A DNA stretch of 64,000 nucleotides from a virus (IMGVR_UViG_3300024272_000027); one strand, 5' to 3'; counted from the stretch's first letter, positions 31,016 through 39,642 are shown. The notes: generated by a model not told the origin, from the sequence alone. Numbers and translations: made by a program.

Positions 31016-33490
31016 CTATTCACCTGACGCCCACTTCTTATAAGCTTTTTCGTAATCAGGATTTCCTTTGTTGTCGCGATATAATTGGTCGATAGTTGCT
31101 GTTATTGCTTCACCGTCACCCTTTAATTCTTTTTCAATTGTTTTGAATGACTGATAAACTTCTTCCCAAGATTCTTTCATAACGTTGTCATCCTCCTCAA
31201 TATTATTATTTGGAGAACTGTTAGAATTATTTAAGTCTTCTTCAACGATATCGGTAACTCCACCAATTTGTTGTTGACCTTCTATCTCGCCAGTATCGAT
31301 TGCTTTTGCATTTGGTGATACTGTTTTAAGAAGTTCTTGTAGCTGTCCAACGTGTTTGTTTTCTTCGGTGTTGATTTCATCAACTACAGTTGCTATATCT
31401 TCAAAGCCTTCTGCTCTAGCACTAACAGCTATGTCATTGTACATCTGAATTGTTTTAAACTCATCTTGTACTGCTGTGTTAAGCAAGGAAGCTAATCCTG
31501 ACTCAGGACCTTCAGTAGGCCCAGCTAAAGTGTCAGTAACAACGTCTGTTACATCTTCGTGTAAACTTTCATTAGTCATTGTGTAACTACTAATAATTGA
31601 TTCAAGTTTAGCATAGAAATCTCTGCATATCTTTGTAATGTATGCTGCCTTGTGTGAAGGTAACACATCTAGCATCTCTAAAACTTTAGCACAAATGTCA
31701 GGTACTTCCACATCAAGATATCTACTTGCAGTGTATTTATCGTCATCAAAGTCTTCTCTGAATAGCGATTCATTTAATGTAAACTTTGATTCAACGCTTT
31801 CATTTACTGCATTTGAAATCGGTTCATAAGCCATTACCTCTTCAGGATAAGTAGGATTTTCACTATCACCTGTAAGACTACTTATTGCATAATGGTCAGC
31901 CAATATGTCTTCAGCCGCATCACCGCTTGTACCTTCAGGCAGTTTAAATCTTCCTTCCTTAGTAAAGTTATCAGTAGCGTCTTTAAGGAATTCATAAGCT
32001 TTATCAAATGATTCTTGTGAGTATCTTAGTGACTTTTTAATAGGTTTGTCCTCTGATAAAGGTCTTATAAATCTTTCAGGAGCTTCGTCACCAAATTCAT
32101 CATCTTGTTCTGCTTGGATATCAGAAATGTATCTATTACACTCATCTTCAGAACCTTCAAATTCGATTTGGTCCATACCATCTTGAGTGAAGTATACACA
32201 GTGAGTAGATTTAGATTCATCAAGTAATTTATTATCTCTTGCATACTGCATTAAATCATCAGTACTGATATTACCGAATGGTGTAGTAACATAATCACCA
32301 TATCTGCTAGCAATATCATCATATGCTCTAGTGCGTTTAGCAATGTACCCTTTTGGAGGAACTGCTTCAGGATTACTAGAAAGATACTTATCTATTCTTT
32401 TAATAACTCCTGTACGATTATCCCAACCATCAATTCCTTCACTCAGTTTACTTGCGTCAAAGCCAAGATAGTTTACCATAGTTGATTTAGCTTCATCTTC
32501 GGATACATTTAACTCTTTTGAAATAGCTTTCATTTCGTGTTGAGCTTCTGTATCCCAATTACCTGAAACTGGTTTTGAAGTTGAGTACCTGTCAGCAATC
32601 TTATCAACGATTGCTTTCTGTTCGTCAGATAAAGATTCAGTTACTTTGTTTTTACTGTGAATATTCTCTAGAGTGCTAACATATAAGTTATATAGGTCTT
32701 CAGTAGGAGTCTTACCATTCTGTTTCATAAAGTTTGAAAACTCTTCGTAAGAATCACAAGCAACACCCATTTCATACATCTCTTTTGCATCCTGTTTTAC
32801 TTTATCTTCAACAGACGACTCAACAGTTGATGAATTAGATTGAGCAGATGGTGGATACACATAACCTTTCTGTCCTGCGTACTCCCATATAACTATACAT
32901 TCATTTCCTTCATTATCTTTTGTGAGATTCCAAACGTCAGTATCAACTTCAGTTTTACCTGTATCTTCATTAGTCCAAGTAGTTTCACATTCGATACTGT
33001 TAGGATATTCACCGCCGCTTGCATTATGAATAGCTACAACTTTTGAAGTGTAGTCGCCACCGTACAGTCCGCTAAATGTGAAAGTGTCACCAACTTTAAA
33101 ATGTGCGTTAGCTGACTCTTTAAGTTTATTATGTGCTTCAATATTCTTTATTTCAATATTGTCGCCATACTTTGCTTTCATCTGAGCAATAGCTGACTCT
33201 TCTCTATAATCATAACAGTAATCAGCAAATGTTTTACCATCTTGCTCAATAGTTATTTTATATCCGCCTTCATTTAATGATGCTTTACCTGCCCAACTGT
33301 CAATTGTTGCTTTAGCATCTTTAAGAGTAGCAAGACCTTCTTCTTTTACGGCTCTTTTAACCTTTTCAGGTGTTCCTTCATAAGAGTAGATATCCCAACC
33401 ATCGCCTGCTCTATTTTTAAGAATTACATAACCATTGTAAAATTCTTTTTGGAAGCCTTCTGATGCTTCATTTAATTTTCTAATTTTCAT
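31016..33490 (-). CDS. 824-aa acidic modular protein, candidate head-cargo polyprotein
   Basis: Leader MKIRKLNE; internal sites SLNE, KLKE, KLSE, LLDESKS, PLSE, TLNE, SLHE; ferritin-like helical segment near C-terminus (tentative). Confidence 0.75.
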   Translation of the reverse strand: MKIRKLNEASEGFQKEFYNGYVILKNRAGDGWDIYSYEGTPEKVKRAVKEEGLATLKDAKATIDSWAGKASLNEGGYKITIEQDGKTFADYCYDYREESAIAQMKAKYGDNIEIKNIEAHNKLKESANAHFKVGDTFTFSGLYGGDYTSKVVAIHNASGGEYPNSIECETTWTNEDTGKTEVDTDVWNLTKDNEGNECIVIWEYAGQKGYVYPPSAQSNSSTVESSVEDKVKQDAKEMYEMGVACDSYEEFSNFMKQNGKTPTEDLYNLYVSTLENIHSKNKVTESLSDEQKAIVDKIADRYSTSKPVSGNWDTEAQHEMKAISKELNVSEDEAKSTMVNYLGFDASKLSEGIDGWDNRTGVIKRIDKYLSSNPEAVPPKGYIAKRTRAYDDIASRYGDYVTTPFGNISTDDLMQYARDNKLLDESKSTHCVYFTQDGMDQIEFEGSEDECNRYISDIQAEQDDEFGDEAPERFIRPLSEDKPIKKSLRYSQESFDKAYEFLKDATDNFTKEGRFKLPEGTSGDAAEDILADHYAISSLTGDSENPTYPEEVMAYEPISNAVNESVESKFTLNESLFREDFDDDKYTASRYLDVEVPDICAKVLEMLDVLPSHKAAYITKICRDFYAKLESIISSYTMTNESLHEDVTDVVTDTLAGPTEGPESGLASLLNTAVQDEFKTIQMYNDIAVSARAEGFEDIATVVDEINTEENKHVGQLQELLKTVSPNAKAIDTGEIEGQQQIGGVTDIVEEDLNNSNSSPNNNIEEDDNVMKESWEEVYQSFKTIEKELKGDGEAITATIDQLYRDNKGNPDYEKAYKKWASGE

Positions 33491-33603
33491 CTATAGCTCT
33501 CCTCTGTTCTTTGAGATAATTTGTCAACATATGTACAATAGGTTTCAGTAGAGGACTGTGTTTCAAGTCCTCTATCAAAATCTTCTACTAACTTAAATTT
33601 CAT
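33487..33603 (-). CDS. 38-aa ORF missing from ORF track with leader MKFKLVE
   Basis: Hand translation MKFKLVEDFDRGLETQSSTETYCTYVDKLSQRTEESYR; ATGA overlaps at both ends. Confidence 0.6.
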   Translation of the reverse strand: MKFKLVEDFDRGLETQSSTETYCTYVDKLSQRTEESYR

Positions 33604-34301
33604 ATACTCAACTCCTCTGATGCTAATTCAACTCGCCTGTCTTTAAGAGCATCGAGTAGTCCGTTGTTTCTTATTTGTTTGAAGATAAGATTACCTTTTC
33701 CAAACTCTCCATCCACAACTAATGAATTTCTTCTCAACAGATATAATTCATCAATTATGTTTAATATATCTTCTTCAGTTCCTATCGATAATATCTGATT
33801 TATTCTATCAGTAAAATCACTTAACTCAGGTTCTAATTCAACATCAACAGCAGAAAGTTTTACAGGTTCTTTTATCCACATATCTTTTAACACTGAATAT
33901 ATACCATTTGATTGTGGAGAAGATTTAACATCTTCAACATATAATTCAACATCATATCCACCATAAGTAATATCATACTTATTGTTAAAGTTTGCTTTGA
34001 AAGCATTCATAGCGGCTTGAACTAACTCTTCAGGATAACCGTATTGTTCAAAGTTAGTTATAATATGTATATCTATGTCACTTTTATCATTATAATTATA
34101 TGACGCATTAGAACCGACTAAGTTTATATCTAAAACAACAATCGGTATATCTAAAGTGGTTTGAAATTCATCAACAAGATGTAATATCTTATCTTTCACT
34201 TCAGGCTTAAGTTTATTATTAAACCACAATACAGGATTTAATTCATCCTGTATTGTGACTAACTCTTCATTTATATAAGATTCAAATAACTTAAACTTCA
34301 T
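33600..34301 (-). CDS. Pol-beta-superfamily nucleotidyltransferase with leader MKFKLFE..INE
   Basis: GSNASYNYNDKSDIDIHII (GS...DxD) and YDVELYV third acidic strand. Confidence 0.8.
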   Translation of the reverse strand: MKFKLFESYINEELVTIQDELNPVLWFNNKLKPEVKDKILHLVDEFQTTLDIPIVVLDINLVGSNASYNYNDKSDIDIHIITNFEQYGYPEELVQAAMNAFKANFNNKYDITYGGYDVELYVEDVKSSPQSNGIYSVLKDMWIKEPVKLSAVDVELEPELSDFTDRINQILSIGTEEDILNIIDELYLLRRNSLVVDGEFGKGNLIFKQIRNNGLLDALKDRRVELASEELSI

Positions 34302-37300
34302 TACCTTTAGCCTCTTTAGCTAAACGAGCTTCTGTTTCCTCAGGAGTCTCAACTCCATCTGGCATATCATACTTTGTGTCTCCACCATAGATAGAAGCGA
34401 GTTCATCGTCATCCCACTCATCTTCTTCAAACCCTTCTTTCTTAGAAGGTTTGTTTAAAAGTGGAATATCGTATGTCGAACGAATATAAGCAGTAGGATA
34501 TCTGTCTTTAACTGCTTTATAATCATCAAGTGCAACAGCTCTTTCTGCGTATTGAGTTGCTGCTTTCATATCAGTTCCAAAGTTGTCATCGGTAGCATTA
34601 TAATAAAGATTTAAACCATCTTCTTTTGCTATAATGATATACTTTTCAACACCTTCTTTAAGAGTACCATTAGGACATCCTTCAGTCTCACAATAGCCAT
34701 TATCATTTAACTTCTTACCACACTCAGTGCAGTGAGTTAAATCTTTATCAACTGATTCCATATATTGTGAAGCATCTTCTGCGGATACTTCAACTGTTAT
34801 AGCATCCGCATAGATGAGAAGCTTAGCACAAACTGTGCCGTCTTCATTTACATATTCTGTAACATTAGGTTCGTCTCCGTGCTGAGTAACTTCCTTAAAT
34901 CCCTCTGATTGAATATCATAGTGAACTAAAGTAGCATCAGAATCATCTTCGCTGTTATTAAAGTAAATCTGATATACGTCAACATACTTTGTTATCTTAT
35001 TAGCACCATACTCTTTAAGTGAATTGAATAATCTATTAGCTACTGCTTCAAGATTACTATCAACATCTTCAGTAATCATCGGAGAATATCTTTCAAATTC
35101 TTTATCAAGTATTCCTTTTAATCTATCGCTAAATCCATATTTGTCAAGGTTCCCTTTATCTTTGATTACGTCATCAATAGATAACCCTTTGAGTTCTTCG
35201 GCGCCTTCTGTATCTTTCGGATTTAATTTTAGATACCATTCATCAGCTGGTTGAATACCTTCTTTAATAGATTCAGTAGCCGTACGAGTTCTACCATTTA
35301 TTCTATAACTATTAGGTATTCGTATGTTATCTGCATTTATATATTGACTATAACTGATGATTTCATCCTCATCAAAATAATCAACTAAGTCTCTACCGAA
35401 AACATATTTATTATCGTTGATATAGAATTTACTATCAGGAAGTCTTGTACTTAACATATCAGCGTTTGATTTAGATACTCCGAAATCATCCAATCCGTCT
35501 TCTGTGATAGATTTAGATTCACTCGCTGGAAACTCTTCAAACCAATCATCGTGCTCACGACCGAACGGGATTTCAACTTGAACACCACTGCTCAGTTCTT
35601 TAAACAATACACCATAATAAGAACCACCATAAGTGCTGTGGATAGTTTGTTTACCTATAGCTTCAAACTTAGTGCCCTTGGGGAATTCTATATTGATATT
35701 TCTATATCGCTCATCAGGATGAGAAGAGTTATAATGCACAAATTGAGTAGCATTCTTAAATACTTTTTCTGCCTCAAAATGAAGGAACATAATCTTTCCT
35801 GTATAGTATAAAAACTCTGTCTTCAAGGTCCATATAGTACCAGGTTTAAATAATGAGTATAAGTATTCGCTGTAACTACTACTAGACTCGGTCGATTCTT
35901 TAATAGATTTAGATTCGTTAGTAGTCTCATAATCTTTATCTAGGAAACCAAATTTCTTTAGTACGGATACACTCTCATCCTCATCTAAACGAGTAAGCAG
36001 TTTGAGAATAATTTTACATACATCTTTTTTAGAGCTGTATTTAGAATCATCTGCAAGTCCTTCTTCAAGTGCAGCAAGAAGCCATTCTTTCCAACTGTCT
36101 GTTCCATCAGTCTCAGCATCTAAAGGCTGCCAATTACATTCATCTACTATCTCAGACATAACATCATCTAAATTAGCTGGGTGAGCATTTTGTACTAAAT
36201 ATTTACACATTTGAGTTATCTCTTCACCAGGCAGGTAATAGATATTATCGTGCATACTATATAGTACAGTATCTAGATGTGCATCTTCTTTAATAGATTT
36301 TGATTCATTTATGTCGTCGTTCTCCCAATCATTAACTTTTGACTGTAAGAACTCTTGAGCTTCTTTAACTGTATCACAAGGACCCCAATCAATAAATCCT
36401 GTATCAGTATCAACAACAAAGAATCCGCTAATAGCAGTACTATCTTCATCGTCTTCGTCTTCACGACGATAAGCCCACCATACTGCCCAGTTGTCAAAAT
36501 CTAAATGAACTGTGTCACCACATTGTTTAAACCACATCCAAGTGTAACCATCTTCAATGAACTGATTACCAGCGGTTACTGTAGTGTTGTCTTCATCCCA
36601 ATCTTCCATATCATATAAGATGTCTGTGTCATCACTTTCATTAAGTGTTAACTTTTCGCTCATATATCCGCTTGGAGTATATTTTCTGATAATAGCATCT
36701 GTATCATCCATATCTATTTTCTTAACAATAGCACTCATTGGATATTCGTGTTGTCTTTCTCCCCACGCCCAACCTAAGAAGGTTCTGCCGTGATAGAGTT
36801 CTTTTTCCACTTTAACAGGAATGATGTTTGGGGTTCCATTTTTCTTTGTATTAAGATTAACTTCTACCCATTCACCTTTATCATAACCTTCTGTGAGCAT
36901 TTCATTCATTTTCTTTAAACGTACTTCACGAGGAAGCATTCTTAGATTATAGTACTTAACTGCTCTTGCCTTTTCTTCGTCAGTGAGTTCTTTTTCGTAC
37001 TCACGTGCTTTATCCATATTAACACCATACTGATATGTTATGGCAGCAAGTAGTTGTTCTTCATCAGAACCATTTCTATCTATGCGGTCATATTCGTCAT
37101 CGTCAGGCATATACCCTTCACGCATATCAGTTACTTTCATTTTAACTGGATTAGCAACGCCAGATTTCTTCAAACTATCAAAAGCTGCTTGAGCGTCTTT
37201 ATCATTGTAGTATATTCTACCAGACTCATCATCACCAACAAAATACTCCTCTTTAGCATCTTCAGTTAATGACTCATTTTTAGCTAACGCTATATCTATT

Positions 37301-38589
37301 GCATTAGTACCTCTATCCAGTATATCTACAGCTGTGTCATCTGAAAGAATACCATCATTATTTTTACTAATTATAGTATCAGCTGAACGCACTAATTTTC
37401 CATATGAGTTGCTCACGGATTTCCAAGGCGGTAGTGCTTCATCCAATTCAGCTTTGTTTTCGTGCGGAGTGCGCCCTATCAAAGATTCATTAAGCATATC
37501 AGCTTTCTTATGAATAACATCAAGAACAGCATCAACTGTGCCATCTGTATACTGCTGATTATCAATATGGTCTTTGAAGATTCTATATACTTGTCTCAAG
37601 TCTTCCATTGATGCACAATCATATATTTTGTTTGTCCACTGATTAACAGCGTCTTCGTCAACTATATCTTGTGACTGGTCGTTACGAATAAATGCACGAG
37701 CAATACCTGAAGTAACTGGTTCAAAGTATGCAAAGTGGTCAAGTGCTGCTACAATAGGATTAAGTTTGTCGCAAAGTTCCATTAAGTCATCATAACCTAA
37801 CTCTGCTCTAACTTCAACTTGAATCATATCATCAGCTGTATCTTTTATTTCAACAGCTGTATAAGCTTCTATTTCATCAGCTTCATATCCAACCTCTGCC
37901 ATAAAAGCATTAACAACTTCTTTAATCTGTGGTTCTAAGTTTGAAGTGTCAACATCTTCTGTTAAACTTTCATCAACTTCATCATCTGATTGACCTAGAT
38001 GATTGTAGTCAACAAAATTCATAATATCACTAACGATATATTCATAAGAAGAATGACAATAAGGCCCTTTACCATTTATATAGTAAGTGAGCTCTTCCCA
38101 GTCAGTATCAAAAGTAACATCAACTGTAACACCATTGTAGGTTACTTTATACTCTGTTCCTGAACCCTGAACATCATCAATGAAAAAACTATCTTTAGCA
38201 TAGTGATTCATTGCATAATCAATGTTGTCTAAACGACCTTGTAAAACTTCAGGGTCAATATCTTCTTTAAGTTCTTTTAACTGTAAGTCCTCATCTTCAA
38301 ACTTGTCCATCAAGTTCCAAAGTGTGCGGTCACCACCATCGTTGATTTCATCAATAATTTTCATATCGCTAACATCATCGTCACCAAGTGCTTCTGTAAT
38401 AGCATCACACTTAGAAGATAAGAATTTATTGATTGTAGCAGGATGGTCATAAGCATCAATGTACTTTACTAACTTTTGTTTATCGTCGTCATCTAACTTA
38501 CAAGCTTCATATAAAGTTGTTAAGTCATAACGAGCGTCAGTCTTTCTGTCAAGTTCTAGTAAAGCTTCGCGAATGTTTATTTGTTTCAT
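34291..38589 (-). CDS. 1432-aa acidic modular protein, candidate head-cargo polyprotein
   Basis: Leader MKQINIRE; repeated linkers ESLTE, EMLTE, TLNE, ESKSIKE (x2), ESKSITE, ESIKE, MITE, TLKE; Zn ribbon near C-terminus. Confidence 0.8.
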   Translation of the reverse strand: MKQINIREALLELDRKTDARYDLTTLYEACKLDDDDKQKLVKYIDAYDHPATINKFLSSKCDAITEALGDDDVSDMKIIDEINDGGDRTLWNLMDKFEDEDLQLKELKEDIDPEVLQGRLDNIDYAMNHYAKDSFFIDDVQGSGTEYKVTYNGVTVDVTFDTDWEELTYYINGKGPYCHSSYEYIVSDIMNFVDYNHLGQSDDEVDESLTEDVDTSNLEPQIKEVVNAFMAEVGYEADEIEAYTAVEIKDTADDMIQVEVRAELGYDDLMELCDKLNPIVAALDHFAYFEPVTSGIARAFIRNDQSQDIVDEDAVNQWTNKIYDCASMEDLRQVYRIFKDHIDNQQYTDGTVDAVLDVIHKKADMLNESLIGRTPHENKAELDEALPPWKSVSNSYGKLVRSADTIISKNNDGILSDDTAVDILDRGTNAIDIALAKNESLTEDAKEEYFVGDDESGRIYYNDKDAQAAFDSLKKSGVANPVKMKVTDMREGYMPDDDEYDRIDRNGSDEEQLLAAITYQYGVNMDKAREYEKELTDEEKARAVKYYNLRMLPREVRLKKMNEMLTEGYDKGEWVEVNLNTKKNGTPNIIPVKVEKELYHGRTFLGWAWGERQHEYPMSAIVKKIDMDDTDAIIRKYTPSGYMSEKLTLNESDDTDILYDMEDWDEDNTTVTAGNQFIEDGYTWMWFKQCGDTVHLDFDNWAVWWAYRREDEDDEDSTAISGFFVVDTDTGFIDWGPCDTVKEAQEFLQSKVNDWENDDINESKSIKEDAHLDTVLYSMHDNIYYLPGEEITQMCKYLVQNAHPANLDDVMSEIVDECNWQPLDAETDGTDSWKEWLLAALEEGLADDSKYSSKKDVCKIILKLLTRLDEDESVSVLKKFGFLDKDYETTNESKSIKESTESSSSYSEYLYSLFKPGTIWTLKTEFLYYTGKIMFLHFEAEKVFKNATQFVHYNSSHPDERYRNINIEFPKGTKFEAIGKQTIHSTYGGSYYGVLFKELSSGVQVEIPFGREHDDWFEEFPASESKSITEDGLDDFGVSKSNADMLSTRLPDSKFYINDNKYVFGRDLVDYFDEDEIISYSQYINADNIRIPNSYRINGRTRTATESIKEGIQPADEWYLKLNPKDTEGAEELKGLSIDDVIKDKGNLDKYGFSDRLKGILDKEFERYSPMITEDVDSNLEAVANRLFNSLKEYGANKITKYVDVYQIYFNNSEDDSDATLVHYDIQSEGFKEVTQHGDEPNVTEYVNEDGTVCAKLLIYADAITVEVSAEDASQYMESVDKDLTHCTECGKKLNDNGYCETEGCPNGTLKEGVEKYIIIAKEDGLNLYYNATDDNFGTDMKAATQYAERAVALDDYKAVKDRYPTAYIRSTYDIPLLNKPSKKEGFEEDEWDDDELASIYGGDTKYDMPDGVETPEETEARLAKEAKGNEV
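35260..36308. repeat. dispersed ESKSIKE linker repeat, four copies (35260-35273 partial, 35500-35521, 35894-35916, 36286-36308)
   Basis: Core ttctttaatagatttagattc with 0-2 mismatches to copies at 4314/4608; spacings 240, 396, 390 nt (all in frame). Confidence 0.9.
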
Positions 38590-38679
38590 CTCAACAATCC
38601 TTTACTTAAAATTTTGTTTACAAAGTAATTTAGCGCACAATAAAGTGCACAAAATAATGTTTATAAAATTATTTAATTT

Positions 38680-38689
38680 TAAATACAAT
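38680..38689 (-). promoter_or_regulatory. putative late promoter motif ATTGTATTTA
   Basis: Upstream of the 1432-aa/NTase/824-aa operon. Confidence 0.55.
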
Positions 38690-38695
38690 TGAAGG

Positions 38696-39046
38696 CTACT
38701 CATCAATTGCCTGTAGCTGATGGATAGCCTCTAATAAATCATATTCACCGTAGTCACAAACAGGACATTCGCCCATATCATTCAAATCATATCCACATTG
38801 TTCACATTTGTCTCTATGAGCATTGTTAACAATAAGATTACAGCTATCATCTGTAATGGGGTCATATACTGTAAGATGTTTATCAACTATATCATATCTT
38901 GATGCTTCTATTGAATTAAACTCACCAAGTCTAAAAAGGATATTGTTCCTAGCTTTAGCTACTGACGGAGCCATTGTGTAGATTGTTTTGTTACCGATAT
39001 AGTTGCCGTAGTAATAAACTGGACCTTCATAACAATATCTTGTCAC
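38696..39046 (-). CDS. hypothetical protein with C-terminal Zn ribbon
   Basis: CEQCGYDLNDMGECPVC; GTG start after AAGGAGG. Confidence 0.7.
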   Translation of the reverse strand: MTRYCYEGPVYYYGNYIGNKTIYTMAPSVAKARNNILFRLGEFNSIEASRYDIVDKHLTVYDPITDDSCNLIVNNAHRDKCEQCGYDLNDMGECPVCDYGEYDLLEAIHQLQAIDE

Positions 39047-39073
39047 AACCAACCCTCCTTTTATTATACTGTT

Positions 39074-39105
39074 ATTATAAATGAAGTAAAACAAAAACCC
39101 AACTA
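39074..39105 (-). promoter_or_regulatory. sigmaA-type promoter TAG-TTGGGT-17-TATAAT
   Basis: Member of YAGTTG-N20-TATAAT family. Confidence 0.7.
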
Positions 39106-39106
39106 T

Positions 39107-39120
39107 ACGCGTATACGCGT
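39107..39120. repeat. 14-bp perfect palindrome acgcgtatacgcgt
   Basis: Direct reading; abuts the -35 of the promoter at 39074-39105. Confidence 0.85.
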
Positions 39121-39218
39121 TAGAGGGCTTATAGTAATATAAGTTATTATATATAATATAACATTGTTTATTAGTAAATAATTATTTAATAGTTTTTAGC
39201 GGAAGGTGAAATAAGGTG

Positions 39219-39608
39219 TTAGTCTTCCGGAACCTCAACATCATCGTCATCGATAGGAAGTTCTCTTTCCTCAGTGGGAGTATTCCAATCTTCATATTCA
39301 CTTAAGAACTTTTCAGCAGCATCAACGGCTTGATATTTGTTTCCTTTTCTTGAATAGTTAAATGAATTGTCATCTGTTTTTGTAATGTAGCAAGTAAAGT
39401 TATAAGTTGTATTATCAACAGTAAACTGTGCTTTAACATCGCCTGTGGAGTCTTGGAATGATATGTTGTTCATTTCCTCCACGCGTTTAAAATCTGCACC
39501 GTCAAATAACTGAGTTAGTTCATCAAGAATAGCAAAGTTTTCTGCTTGTTCTTCTTTTAAATCTTCTTCCAATTCTTCTAACGGAATTACATCTTCTGCC
39601 TTTACCAT
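39219..39608 (-). CDS. acidic hypothetical protein
   Basis: 129 aa, AAGGAG RBS, late motif ATTGTATAAA at 39631-39640. Confidence 0.7.
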   Translation of the reverse strand: MVKAEDVIPLEELEEDLKEEQAENFAILDELTQLFDGADFKRVEEMNNISFQDSTGDVKAQFTVDNTTYNFTCYITKTDDNSFNYSRKGNKYQAVDAAEKFLSEYEDWNTPTEERELPIDDDDVEVPED

Positions 39609-39642
39609 TTAAAATCACTCCTTGTAATTATTTATACAATAA

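Noticed and set aside
33549-33574. Hairpin tagaggact/agtcctcta as an intrinsic terminator
   Set aside because: No U-tract on the minus strand and it lies within the coupled 38-aa ORF; kept only as a possible mRNA structure.
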